From positions 4,428-68,427 of the forward strand of contig SVRF01000005.1 of NCBI GenBank assembly GCA_015064945.1: DNA of 64,000 bases, in the 5' to 3' direction. Both the position numbers and the translations under genes were made by a program. Numbering within the stretch: position 1 is the first letter of the stretch; the number at the start of each line of letters is the position of its first letter. Shown here piece by piece: positions 42,919-52,400 of the stretch. Origin of the DNA: Oscillospiraceae bacterium (lineage in GTDB: Bacteria > Bacillota > Clostridia > Oscillospirales > CAG-382). The notes under the pieces are model-generated. The model did not search any database. It saw nothing but the letters and a program-made list of their open reading frames with translations, and had not been told where the DNA came from.

Positions 42919-44958
42919 TTATTCAGCAGTTTCTTCTGCGATAGCTTCGGTAGCAGCTTCTTCTGCGCCGATGGAAGCTTCTTCAACTATCTCAAAGCCT
43001 TCGCCAAGTTCTTCTGCGGGGAGAAGCGCTCTGCGGGAAAGGCTTATTCTCTTTCTTTCTTCGTCGATAGCTATAATCTTAACCTCAACTTCGTCACCAA
43101 CAGCAACAACGGAAGCAGGTGCGGAAACGGGCTTTGCAGCCAGCTGAGAGTTGTGGATAAGACCGTCAACGCCGGGAATGATTTCAGCAAATGCGCCGAA
43201 TGCCATAAGGCTAACAACCTTAACCTTTATGTCGTCGCCAACCTTGTAGTTAGCAACAAAAATGTTCCAAGGATTGTTCTCTTCGGTCTTGTAACCGAGA
43301 GAGATACGCTTCTTTTCAACGTTTATAGCCTTAATGTAAACTTCGATCTTATCGCCAACCTTAAGGATATCAGCAGGGTTCTTGGGTCTGCCCCAGGAAA
43401 GCTCGGTAATGTGAGCCATACCGTCAACGGGACCCAGGTTGATGAATGCGCCGAAGGATGTGAGGGAACGAACGGTGCCGGTGAACTTCTGACCAACTTC
43501 TGCAGTTGCGTAGAATTCTTCAACAGCCTTCTTGTGTTCGCTTCTCTGAGCAAGTCTGATGGAACCAACGGCACGCTTGCGCTGGTCGTTGATTTCGATA
43601 ACCTTAAAGGAAACCTTCTTGCCCTTAAGAACGTCGAGGGACTCGTCCTTGGGAACGCCGGTCTGGGAAGCGGGAACAAATACTCTTACATTGTTGCTGG
43701 AAATAACAACGCCGCCCTTAACAACTTCCTTAACGGTACCTTCGAGGATAGCGTGTTCGCTTTCAGCTTCAACGATGGTGCCCCAGTTCTTGGAAGAATC
43801 AAGACGCTTCTTGGAAAGGTGAACAACGCCTTCTGCGTCGTTAAACTTAACGGGAACAACTTCAATTTCGTCCCCAACCTTAAACATTTCGTTAAGGTCT
43901 ACACCGCTGTCGTCGGTGATTTCGTCATACGGGAGAATGCCGGTGTGCTTCGTCCCGAGGTCCACGTGGATTTCGGCGGGAGTAACAGCGGAAATAACGC
44001 CGACTACCCTTTCTCCTGTATGTAAAGTCTTGAAGCTCTGGTCAAGCATCTCCTGGAAAGAAAGCTCGCCGTTGTCTTCAGTGTTTTTGATGATGTCTGC
44101 CATGGTTTCTCTTACCTCCTGAATTATACTGAACGGGGTCGATGCCCCGGCAGTTATTGCAATATTATTACAGGCGCATATATCTGCGCTGTAGGGTGCA
44201 AGCTCTGCCGCCCTTTCTATGTGCAACGCCCTTGTACGGGTCGCCGCCAGCTCCCAAAGCTTGGCGGTGTTGGAGCTGTTACGCCCGCCGACCACCACAA
44301 CCAGGTCGCTTTTTTCCGCCAAGGCAAGAACCTCCTCCTGCCTTTTTTCGGTTACACTGCATATTGTATCAAAAAAATTTGCATTTGTATATAGTTTTTT
44401 TATAATTTTTTGACTTTTTTTCCATTCCGGCATAGAAAATGTGGTTTGCGCCACCATCACAAAGCCTTTTTCACCGAAAATTGCGCCTTCACCAGAATTC
44501 AAAAACTCGGTAAGCTCCTCCGCTTTGCTTGCAACCACTGTCTGCCCGCCGGCAAAAGAGCGTATACCTTCCACCTCGGGGTGCTTGGGGTCGCCCATTA
44601 TTACAAGCGGAGTACCGTTTGACGTATGCTCTGACACTATGCCGTGTATTTTTTTAACAAAGGGGCAGGTCGCATCAAGAACCGAAAGCCCTGCCGCCGT
44701 TAGTGCCTCCATAGTTTGCCTTGGAATACCGTGGGTTCGTGCCACCACACGGGTGCCCTCGGGAAGCTTCAGTGCCTCCTCGGCAGAGATGGCGAAAACG
44801 CCCTTCTCCTCCAAGCTTTTTATATAGCTTTTGTTATGTATAAGCTCGCCTATAGTGTACAGGGGCTTGCCCTCTGCCGCCTCCGCCTCGATAAGCTTTG
44901 CGGCACGGTCTACGCCGAAGCAAAAGCCCGCACTTTTTGCTATTTCAATTTTCTTCAT
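42919..44958 (-). CDS. ispH: bifunctional 4-hydroxy-3-methylbut-2-enyl diphosphate reductase / ribosomal protein S1-domain fusion
   Basis: N-terminal IspH (SAGFCFGVDRA, ATCPFV, HNKSY). C-terminal four S1-type repeats (..GTVRSLTSFGAFINLG.., ..VKVVSLMAFGAFAEI..). Confidence 0.88.
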   Translation of the reverse strand: MKKIEIAKSAGFCFGVDRAAKLIEAEAAEGKPLYTIGELIHNKSYIKSLEEKGVFAISAEEALKLPEGTRVVARTHGIPRQTMEALTAAGLSVLDATCPFVKKIHGIVSEHTSNGTPLVIMGDPKHPEVEGIRSFAGGQTVVASKAEELTEFLNSGEGAIFGEKGFVMVAQTTFSMPEWKKSQKIIKKLYTNANFFDTICSVTEKRQEEVLALAEKSDLVVVVGGRNSSNTAKLWELAATRTRALHIERAAELAPYSADICACNNIAITAGASTPFSIIQEVRETMADIIKNTEDNGELSFQEMLDQSFKTLHTGERVVGVISAVTPAEIHVDLGTKHTGILPYDEITDDSGVDLNEMFKVGDEIEVVPVKFNDAEGVVHLSKKRLDSSKNWGTIVEAESEHAILEGTVKEVVKGGVVISSNNVRVFVPASQTGVPKDESLDVLKGKKVSFKVIEINDQRKRAVGSIRLAQRSEHKKAVEEFYATAEVGQKFTGTVRSLTSFGAFINLGPVDGMAHITELSWGRPKNPADILKVGDKIEVYIKAINVEKKRISLGYKTEENNPWNIFVANYKVGDDIKVKVVSLMAFGAFAEIIPGVDGLIHNSQLAAKPVSAPASVVAVGDEVEVKIIAIDEERKRISLSRRALLPAEELGEGFEIVEEASIGAEEAATEAIAEETAE

Positions 44959-45532
44959 TATTTATAATGTCACAAACCTTGCCGAATATATATTGGGACT
45001 GAGCCGTCCTGTCTCCTGCCGCCGCAAACTCCTCGGTAGATATGGGCTTACCGACGATCAAACGTGTTTTTCTGAAAATTCCCGCTTTGCCGCTTGGATA
45101 AACTACCGCAACGGGCAACGCCTGAGCCCTGCCCAAGGTACATATCATAGATATCCCCTCAAGCCCTTGAGAGGCATCCACCTTGCCCTTAACACGGGTT
45201 CCTTGAGGGAAAATGCCTACACTGCCGCCGTTTTTAAGCACATCCACGCATTGACGTATCGCACCAAGGTCTGCCTGCTGACGGTTTACAAAGATCATAC
45301 CTGCTTTTTTCAGGACCTTGCCCAAAATCCCCTTGTTAAGCTCGGTCTTTGCCATAAAGCTTAACTTGGGCTTGAACGCACATACCAAACACACGGGGTC
45401 AAGCAACGAAACGTGATTTGCGCAAAGAACGAAGGAACCCTCAGGTATATTCTCTCTGCCCTCCAGCTTGTACCTGAAAAGCACTTTTACAAAGGGCCTG
45501 GCAACAGCTCTTGCAAAACCGTAAAAAGACAT
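44945..45532 (-). CDS. plsC: 1-acyl-sn-glycerol-3-phosphate acyltransferase
   Basis: NHVSLLDP (HxxxxD) and IFPQGTR motifs. Confidence 0.85.
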   Translation of the reverse strand: MSFYGFARAVARPFVKVLFRYKLEGRENIPEGSFVLCANHVSLLDPVCLVCAFKPKLSFMAKTELNKGILGKVLKKAGMIFVNRQQADLGAIRQCVDVLKNGGSVGIFPQGTRVKGKVDASQGLEGISMICTLGRAQALPVAVVYPSGKAGIFRKTRLIVGKPISTEEFAAAGDRTAQSQYIFGKVCDIINNEEN

Positions 45533-46206
45533 TACGCAAGCACCCCGTCTATAATTTCTTTTGCCTTCAAAAAAGTTTCCTCCGGCGTAAGGGCGCTGTT
45601 GTCAAACAAAACAGCATCTTCTGCCGCAACAGCAGGCGCCACTTCCCTGCCGCTGTCGTTCTTATCCCTTCGGCGCATATCCGCAAGCACCTCTTCCTCG
45701 GTAACCTTTTGTCCTTTTTCCAAAAGTTCTGCATAACGACGCTTTGCCCTGACCGTATCGTCAGCCACCAAAAACAGCTTAACCTGTGCATCGGGCAGGA
45801 TAACCGTACCGATATCCCTACCGTCCATAACAGTGCTGTTGCGCTTCGCTATATCACGCTGAAGATTAAGAAGGAACGCACGCACCTCGGGAATTTTGGA
45901 AACGTCCGAAGCGTACATGGAGGATTTAGGAGTACGTATCTCATCCCCCACAGGCACGCCGTCAAGGGTCACAACACCTCTGCCGTTCTCAAGGCGCATA
46001 TCAATGTCGATATGGGGCAAGGAGGCGATGATATTTTCCACATCGTCAGAGGCAAAGCCCTGCCTTTGTATATACAAACCCACGGTGCGGTAAAGAGCAC
46101 CCGTATCTATATATATGTAGCCGTAGTGCTTTGCAACGGCGGAAGCCAGCGTGCTTTTGCCGGAACCGGAAGGTCCGTCAATTGCTATGTTTATAATTTT
46201 ATCCAC
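45532..46206 (-). CDS. cmk: (d)CMP kinase
   Basis: IAIDGPSGSGKST P-loop. Start proposed at GTG 46206 (VDKIINIAIDG), 6 nt after GGAGGA; the track ATG at 46239 has no SD. Confidence 0.85.
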   Translation of the reverse strand: MDKIINIAIDGPSGSGKSTLASAVAKHYGYIYIDTGALYRTVGLYIQRQGFASDDVENIIASLPHIDIDMRLENGRGVVTLDGVPVGDEIRTPKSSMYASDVSKIPEVRAFLLNLQRDIAKRNSTVMDGRDIGTVILPDAQVKLFLVADDTVRAKRRYAELLEKGQKVTEEEVLADMRRRDKNDSGREVAPAVAAEDAVLFDNSALTPEETFLKAKEIIDGVLA

Positions 46207-46421
46207 AGCGTATCCTCCAAAGGTTACAATCGGTCTCATTTTAATTTACTACATTTTTTAACTTTTTGCAATAGAAAAACGGAAAATATATTGCCATTTT
46301 TTGCAGATATAAAGTCGTCAAAAAGAAAAAAAGCTTTATTTTTAAAAAACTATTGCAAATTTTCTTGTTTGGTGTTATGATATGTAATTGAATAAATCGC
46401 AAATTTGGAGGTTTACCTATA

Positions 46422-48866
46422 ATGAGTTCCGTTCTTGGCAGAAAATCCTTAAGAAACAGAATCATTGCTTTTACCGTTGCTTGCCTTTTGGTTATAGGCG
46501 GTATAGTAGCTGTTTTTTGGGATTACCACAAAAACACCAACAAAATTTTTAACGACGACACCTTTGCACAGGCTATCGCCAAGGCTTTGTCCGACAAAAC
46601 CGGCGAAAAGATTAATGCAATAGACATTGATAAGGATATGCTTAGCAAGTATACCTCCTTCATCTACACCGTTTACGAAGACCGCACAGGCCTTGCTGAA
46701 GATTTTCAGGGCAACGGTCCTTTCTATCCTGCAGTTATTTTGGGCACTCCCGAGTATACAGAGTACTATATAAATAACAACTACCTTACCGACCTTGAGA
46801 AGGAAGATGAAAAGAAGGAAGAAGAGGAAAAGGAAGACGAAGCTTCTAAGACCGAACCTTCTAAGGAAGAAGCATCTTCCGAGGTTTCCGCTGAATCTGT
46901 TGAAAGCAGCGAAGAATCCTCTGAAGCCGTAAGCAGTGAAGAGTCCTCTGAAGCCGTAAGCAGTGAAGAATCCTCTAAGGAAGAAAGCAAGACCGAAAGT
47001 GCTACCGAGAGCAAGAAGGATGATGACAGCTCTGTAGCAGATGAAGAAGAGGAAGAAGTTGTTGTTCCCGACCACCTGGTTGTTTTCCACGTTTTCACCG
47101 ATATAAATGACCTTTCCCTTTTCAGCAATATAGAATTGCTTCAGCTTAGCGGCTACACCACCAGAAGCATGTATTCTTACTATCAGTACTATTACCAGAT
47201 GTACTCTATGTACGGCTACTCCGCTGAGCAGAACCCTGCATATCTCCCCTACGTAAGCCTTCAAGCTTATGGAAACGCTAACGATATGACAAGCATTACA
47301 AGCCTTGACCAGATACCCGGCCTTGAAAAGCTTAAGTATTTGTCCCTCGGTTTCTCCGGCATAGACAGCCTTGAAGGTATTGAAAAAGCTGCAAACCTTG
47401 AGTATCTTGAAGTTGCTGGTTGCGGTCTTGAAGACGTCAAGGCTCTTGAGGGTCTTTCCACCCTTAAGCGCGTGATCCTTGCTTCTAACGACCTTACCTC
47501 TCTTGAGGGTATCGAAAACAACAAGGACCTTGTTGTTGTTTCTGCAGAGTTTAACCAGCTCACTTCTCTTAAGGCGCTTGAAAACACCACAAAGCTTACC
47601 ACCCTTTCTCTTAACGGCAATGCTTTGACCAGCCTTGAAGGTATTGAAGGCAACAAGTCCACCCTTAAGACTCTTAACGTAAGCAATTGCATAGATAACG
47701 AAGCAAAAGAAGCTGCTGAAGAAAGCAAGGCAGAAAGCAAAGAAGAAGGCAACGACGAAGAAGACGAAGACGATAAGACCGGCAGAACTCTTGCTGACAT
47801 CTCTGCTCTTAACGGCTTTACCGCTCTTAAAACTATGGACGTTTCCGGCAATGTTATAACTGATATTGCTTGCATCGCTACTATGTCTTCTCTTGAAACT
47901 CTTACCGCTTCCGACAACCTTATTGCAGCACTTCCCGCAGACTTTAAGGAAGCTAAGAAGCTTAAGACCGTAACCGTTGACAACAACGAAATCACCACCA
48001 TCGGCGGCGTTGGCACCGCACCCAAGCTTGAATCCCTTACAATTAACGACAACAAGATTACAAGCCTTGACGGTATCGGCGACAGCAAGACTATCACCAC
48101 CATAACCGCTGATAAGAACGAGATAGCTGACCTTGGCAACATTGACAAGGCTACCACCATCACCAGTATAAGCGCAAGCGAAAACAAGATTGCGGATATT
48201 ACCGCACTGGGCGCACTTAAGAACCTTACCACCCTTAACCTTGACAACAACGAGATTAAGGAGCTTAAGGACCTTTCCAAGCTTACCAAGCTTGCAACCC
48301 TTAACCTTGGCGGCAACGAATTTACAAGTATTGAAGCACTTGGTGCCCTTAAGAAGGTTGCTACCCTTGACCTTTCCGATAACGAAAAGCTTACCGACAT
48401 AAGCAAGTTTGATAAGATCTTTGATGCGGCTACCCTTAAGAACTGCGACTTCTCCATCACTCCCGAAACTGAAGATGACGACAAGGACGAAGACGAAGAT
48501 AAGGAAGTTGACACCACTAACAAGGTTATAAAGAAGTGGGAATCTCTCCTCACATTCGGCAAGACCACCTTTACAGGAATCCCCAAGGACGTACAGGACG
48601 AGATAAAGAAGTACAGCGAGAAGAAGGAAGAAGAGGACAAGAAGGATGAAGAATCCTCTAAGGAAGAAGCTTCCGATGAAGAGTCTTCCGAGGCAGGTTC
48701 CTCTGAAGAAACTTCCGTTGCTGAGTCTTCCGAAAGCGCTGAAAGTTCTGAAGGCTCTGTAGACTCCGCCGAAAGTGCTGAAAGCTCTGAAGCATCAGCA
48801 GACTCCGCCGAAAGCGCTGAAGCGTCCGAAGACTCTGCTGAAACTTCCGAAAGTGCAGCAGAATAA
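46422..48866 (+). CDS. membrane-anchored leucine-rich-repeat surface protein with acidic Ser/Glu-rich regions
   Basis: N-terminal TM segment (IIAFTVACLLVIGGIVAVFW). More than 15 internalin-like 22-aa LRRs (L..L.L..N.I..I..L). SE-rich low-complexity segments at both ends. Confidence 0.75.
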   Translation: MSSVLGRKSLRNRIIAFTVACLLVIGGIVAVFWDYHKNTNKIFNDDTFAQAIAKALSDKTGEKINAIDIDKDMLSKYTSFIYTVYEDRTGLAEDFQGNGPFYPAVILGTPEYTEYYINNNYLTDLEKEDEKKEEEEKEDEASKTEPSKEEASSEVSAESVESSEESSEAVSSEESSEAVSSEESSKEESKTESATESKKDDDSSVADEEEEEVVVPDHLVVFHVFTDINDLSLFSNIELLQLSGYTTRSMYSYYQYYYQMYSMYGYSAEQNPAYLPYVSLQAYGNANDMTSITSLDQIPGLEKLKYLSLGFSGIDSLEGIEKAANLEYLEVAGCGLEDVKALEGLSTLKRVILASNDLTSLEGIENNKDLVVVSAEFNQLTSLKALENTTKLTTLSLNGNALTSLEGIEGNKSTLKTLNVSNCIDNEAKEAAEESKAESKEEGNDEEDEDDKTGRTLADISALNGFTALKTMDVSGNVITDIACIATMSSLETLTASDNLIAALPADFKEAKKLKTVTVDNNEITTIGGVGTAPKLESLTINDNKITSLDGIGDSKTITTITADKNEIADLGNIDKATTITSISASENKIADITALGALKNLTTLNLDNNEIKELKDLSKLTKLATLNLGGNEFTSIEALGALKKVATLDLSDNEKLTDISKFDKIFDAATLKNCDFSITPETEDDDKDEDEDKEVDTTNKVIKKWESLLTFGKTTFTGIPKDVQDEIKKYSEKKEEEDKKDEESSKEEASDEESSEAGSSEETSVAESSESAESSEGSVDSAESAESSEASADSAESAEASEDSAETSESAAE

Positions 48867-48890
48867 TAAGGCACACTAACCGAATATGAT

Positions 48891-48913
48891 AAAGGGGGCT
48901 GACAGCCCCCTTT
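48891..48913 (+). terminator. terminator-like hairpin
   Basis: aaagggggct gac agcccccttt; weak T-run. Confidence 0.55.
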
Positions 48914-48946
48914 GCAAATAAAAAATCAATTTTAGGAGAAAATATT

Positions 48947-50035
48947 ATGAGCCAGAAAATAAAATGCGGTATTATCGGCGCAACCGGTATGGTTGGTCAG
49001 CGTTTTATAACCTTACTTGAAAACCATCCCTATTTTGAAATAGCAGTACTTGCAGCCAGTAGCGGCAGTGCAGGCAAAACCTATGAAGAAGCAGTTGGCA
49101 GCCGTTGGAAGCTTGCCGCTCCCATGCCTGAAAAGGTTAAGAATATGGTAGTTATGGATGCGGCTAAGGTTGAAGAGGTAAGTGCACTTGTTGACTTTGT
49201 ATTCTGCGCAGTTAATATGCCCAAGGACCAGATCTTGGCACTTGAAGAAGCGTATGCAAAGGCAGAAACCCCTGTTGTTTCCAACAACTCCGCTAACCGT
49301 TGGACTCCCGACGTTCCCATGGTTATTCCCGAAATCAACCCCGAACATTTGGAAGTTATCGCTATGCAGAAGAAGCGTTTGGGTACCACCCGCGGCTTTA
49401 TTGCCGTTAAGCCCAACTGCTCTATCCAAAGCTTTGTTCCCGCAGTTACTCCTTTGCGCCAGTTCGGCATTACAAAGGCTACCGTTACCACCTTCCAGGC
49501 CATCTCCGGCGCAGGCAAGACCTTTAAAGATTGGCCCGAAATGAACGATAACGTTATCCCCTACATAGGCGGCGAAGAAGAAAAGACCGAAAAAGAGCCT
49601 CTTAAGATTTGGGGTAAGGTTGACGGCGCTGTTATTAAGCCCGACACAGAGCCCGTTATTTCCGCACAGTGCATACGTGTTCCCGTTTCCGACGGTCACT
49701 TGGCAGCTGTTTCCCTTTCCTTCACCCGCATTAAACCCTCTGTTGACGAAATAATCAACATTTGGCGTGAATACAAGGGCGAGCCTCAGATTTTAGGCCT
49801 TCCCAGCGCACCTTCTCAGTTCATCACCTATTTTGAAGAGTTTGACCATCCTCAAACAGGCGTTGACCGCATGATAGGCAACGGCATGGGCATCTCCGTA
49901 GGCAGACTTAGAAACGACCCCGTGTTTGACTATAAGTTTGTTTGCCTTTCCCACAACACCCTCAGAGGTGCGGCAGGCGGCGCTGTTCTTATAGCCGAAA
50001 TGCTTTACAGAAAAGGCTATATCCAGGCTAAATAA
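48947..50035 (+). CDS. asd: aspartate-semialdehyde dehydrogenase
   Basis: GIIGATGMVGQRF NAD-binding N-terminus, active-site KPNCSIQ, C-terminal HNTLRGAAGGAVL. Confidence 0.9.
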   Translation: MSQKIKCGIIGATGMVGQRFITLLENHPYFEIAVLAASSGSAGKTYEEAVGSRWKLAAPMPEKVKNMVVMDAAKVEEVSALVDFVFCAVNMPKDQILALEEAYAKAETPVVSNNSANRWTPDVPMVIPEINPEHLEVIAMQKKRLGTTRGFIAVKPNCSIQSFVPAVTPLRQFGITKATVTTFQAISGAGKTFKDWPEMNDNVIPYIGGEEEKTEKEPLKIWGKVDGAVIKPDTEPVISAQCIRVPVSDGHLAAVSLSFTRIKPSVDEIINIWREYKGEPQILGLPSAPSQFITYFEEFDHPQTGVDRMIGNGMGISVGRLRNDPVFDYKFVCLSHNTLRGAAGGAVLIAEMLYRKGYIQAK

Positions 50036-50038
50036 GCC

Positions 50039-50506
50039 ATGCGTAACATCTTATTTATTTGCTACGGCAATATATGCCGCAGTCCAACGGCAGAGTTTTT
50101 GTTTAACGACGCCGTAAAAAGCAGAGGGCTTGAAAAAACGTTTCTGGGCGAGTCGGCGGCAGTCGGTGACGACAACATTAAGCCCGACGGCAGCGGATAC
50201 GGCGTTTACCCCGTGTGTAAGCGGATGTTGGAAGCGCGTGGGATAGATTGCAGTGCAAAGCAAGCACGTCTGCTTACAAAAGCGGACTATGATAAGTACG
50301 AGCTGCTTTTGGTTATGGATAAGCAAAATTACCGTGCCGCCCTTAGAATTTTAGGGGGCGACCCTCAAGGAAAAGTCAAACCCTTGACGGAATACACAGG
50401 CGGCGGCGAGGTGGAAGACCCTTGGTACACCCGCAATTTTGATAAAGTCTTTGCGCAGATAGAAGAAGCCGTTAACGCTTTGCTTGACGAGCTGACAACA
50501 AAATAG
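50039..50506 (+). CDS. low-molecular-weight protein-tyrosine phosphatase
   Basis: CX5R(S) P-loop ICYGNICRSP near the N-terminus; DPWY near the C-terminus. Confidence 0.85.
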   Translation: MRNILFICYGNICRSPTAEFLFNDAVKSRGLEKTFLGESAAVGDDNIKPDGSGYGVYPVCKRMLEARGIDCSAKQARLLTKADYDKYELLLVMDKQNYRAALRILGGDPQGKVKPLTEYTGGGEVEDPWYTRNFDKVFAQIEEAVNALLDELTTK

Positions 50507-50519
50507 TACACAAAAGAGG

Positions 50520-50566
50520 CTGTCTAAAATGCTTTGATCTTGGCATTTGGACAGTCTTTCTTTTTT
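50520..50566 (+). terminator. rho-independent terminator (imperfect stem)
   Basis: ctgtc.aaatgc / gcattt.gacag followed by tctttcTTTTTT. Confidence 0.6.
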
Positions 50567-50872
50567 GGATAAAGCGTTTGGATTTGTCCGTAGTGCGGCG
50601 GTTTACTGCCGACGAAACGTTACCCTTTGTTAAAACTCCGGTGTCTACGCTAAAACGTAAATGTTGCGATTGCAAAATACTGTGCAATCGACAAAAAAAC
50701 AAAACGCAAAGCTGAACCGAGCTGAAAAGGCACTTACAGTCACTTTTTGCCGCCTTTTTGTTCACTATTATGCGAACAGTTTCGTTGTTGAACGAAAATA
50801 CACAATATGCACAAAATCCACCGCCCCTTTTAGTGCAGCTCTACAAAAACGATTTTTAGCACACATTTTACG

Positions 50873-50901
50873 TTGACAGCCAAAAAACTACAAGATATAA
50901 T
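50873..50901 (+). promoter_or_regulatory. consensus sigma-A promoter upstream of the dockerin relic and dockerin gene
   Basis: TTGACA, 17 nt, TATAAT. Confidence 0.7.
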
Positions 50902-51007
50902 ATAATCACAGTATCGGTATATTTAAAAGGAGAGGTGAAAGCAAAATCTTTTTTCGTGTACGTCTTGTCCTGCTTTGGGACAAGGTTTTGTAGAAAGGAG
51001 ATATAAG

Positions 51008-51122
51008 ATGAAAGCTAACAAAAGAAAATGTTGCCGATGTTAACAATGATGGCGTTATAGATAACGACGATTTAACTCTTATATCTGCATATATTTCCGG
51101 CGAATCTGTGGTTTTACAATAA
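51008..51122 (+). pseudogene. frameshifted mini-ORF encoding a single dockerin repeat
   Basis: ATG 51008 lies 7 nt after AAGGAG and gives MKANKRKCCRC then stop. The +1 frame (51012-51122) reads KLTKENVADVNNDGVIDNDDLTLISAYISGESVVLQ then stop. One fewer A in the run at 51020-51023 would join the two frames. Confidence 0.55.
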
Positions 51123-51149
51123 TATATAACCAACAAGGAGGTATTTATT

Positions 51150-52253
51150 ATGAAGACTGTTATCAGAACATCGGTTTTGGTATTGCTTTTACTTGCTCTC
51201 GCGATACTGCCAGCCGTAGCGGCTGGTATATCTCCCAAAGAAATTGCAAACGAGGACGAAGCGTGGAAAAATGAAATATCGGATGAACTTTGGGCGATAA
51301 TGAACGAAATGTCTGATGAGGACACTACTCTTATCGTTATGTATGTAAAAAACAGACCTACAGACGAAGAGGTTGATGAAAAAGTTGTAGAAAGAACCGG
51401 CTGGGCGCGCGAAATGTTTATCGAAATGTCTTACTCGAGCGTACATAATCAGGAATACAGGGATCAGTATAATAACGTGTTTATTCCTGCGATGATAACA
51501 AAAACAGAAGAAGCGCTTGGGCTTGCGTCGGGCACTCTTAACCAAGAAAGCCCGCAGGTGATTGAAACCATAACAGCAGAGAAAGATAAGGTATATGATT
51601 GCTTCAGAGAAATAAGAGCAGAGATGTTTGATAATTTTTATGCTAACATCAAAGCGGTTAACGGTATAGAAGTGCTTTACATAGCAACTTATAGCGGGAG
51701 TATAGGTGTTGATGCAACAAAAGCAGAAATAGAATTTTATGCTAAGTCGGAAGATTTTGTTGCGTTGAGTGACGGTCGCTGGCTGCGTGAACCGCAGTTT
51801 CCTGATTACGATTATGAAGTCAGCGAAGATCCGAGTAATGAAGATATAAGCGCCGACGACTACAGTAGTGAGTACATAAGCGACGCAGAAAGCACCGACG
51901 ACTACAGCAGTGAGTACATAAGTGACGCAGAAAGCACCGACGACTACAGCAGTGAGTACATAAGCGAAGAAGAAAGCGCTGACAATCTGAGCTCGGAAGC
52001 GTTTCCGGAAGGAACGGGTAGTGAAGAAACGTGCAGCCAAGAAGAGCCTAAGGTAATTCCTATGGGCGACGTTAACGTCGACGGAGTTATAAACAGCCTT
52101 GACGGGGCGCAGGTGCTTAAGCACGACGCAGAGCTTATTGCCCTTGATAGAGAGGGGCTTGCTGTAGCCGACGTTAACGGTGACGGTACGGTTAACAGTC
52201 TTGACGCAGCGCAGATACTTAAGTACGACGCAAAGCTTATTACAGAGTTTTAA
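51150..52253 (+). CDS. secreted acidic protein with C-terminal dockerin
   Basis: Signal peptide MKTVIRTSVLVLLLLALAILPAVAA. Tandem DDYSSEYISDAEST repeats. Dockerin: GDVNVDGVINSLDGAQVLKHD...DVNGDGTVNSLDAAQILKYD. Confidence 0.8.
   Translation: MKTVIRTSVLVLLLLALAILPAVAAGISPKEIANEDEAWKNEISDELWAIMNEMSDEDTTLIVMYVKNRPTDEEVDEKVVERTGWAREMFIEMSYSSVHNQEYRDQYNNVFIPAMITKTEEALGLASGTLNQESPQVIETITAEKDKVYDCFREIRAEMFDNFYANIKAVNGIEVLYIATYSGSIGVDATKAEIEFYAKSEDFVALSDGRWLREPQFPDYDYEVSEDPSNEDISADDYSSEYISDAESTDDYSSEYISDAESTDDYSSEYISEEESADNLSSEAFPEGTGSEETCSQEEPKVIPMGDVNVDGVINSLDGAQVLKHDAELIALDREGLAVADVNGDGTVNSLDAAQILKYDAKLITEF
51855..51980 (+). repeat. 42-nt tandem repeat (three units) inside the coding sequence
   Basis: gacgactacagYagtgagtacataagYgacgcagaaagcacc x2, plus a diverged third unit. 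Confidence 0.85.
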
Positions 52254-52278
52254 TCTCCTTTCTTAAACCCAATAACAA

Positions 52279-52316
52279 GCCAAAGGCTTTTCGGCGTATG
52301 CTGAAAAGCCTTTGGC
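52279..52316. terminator. bidirectional terminator between the dockerin gene and dinB
   Basis: 13-bp stem gccaaaggctttt / aaaagcctttggc. Confidence 0.8.
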
Positions 52317-52361
52317 TTGATTGTCGGAGTCTCTGAGAAGTCCAACAACTTCTTGGGGCGA
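52317..52361. repeat. terminator-associated hairpin repeat, copy 6 (opposite orientation, degenerate stem)
   Basis: ttgattgtcggagtctctgagaagtccaacaacttcttggggcgat. Confidence 0.65.
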
Positions 52362-52400
52362 TTTTACCGATTTTGCCCTTGTTTCAAAGGGGTAGCAAGG

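Noticed and set aside
46860-48860. Regularly spaced short repeats in the SE-rich regions that might look CRISPR-like
   Set aside because: They are in-frame coding repeats (SSEES/AESxE) inside a long ORF, with no repeat-spacer architecture or cas genes.
47267-48874. 535-aa minus-strand ORF (Ser/Leu-rich) antisense to the LRR protein, plus 46449-47264 and 46781-47128
   Set aside because: These are mirror images of the LRR and SE-rich coding repeats. Their periodicity derives from the sense-strand LRR, and they have no translation signals.
50472-51325. ORFs 50472-50765 (-), 50661-50876 (+) and 50906-51325 (-) in the long intergenic region
   Set aside because: They have no SD, low-complexity products, and overlap a terminator, a consensus promoter and the start of the dockerin gene.
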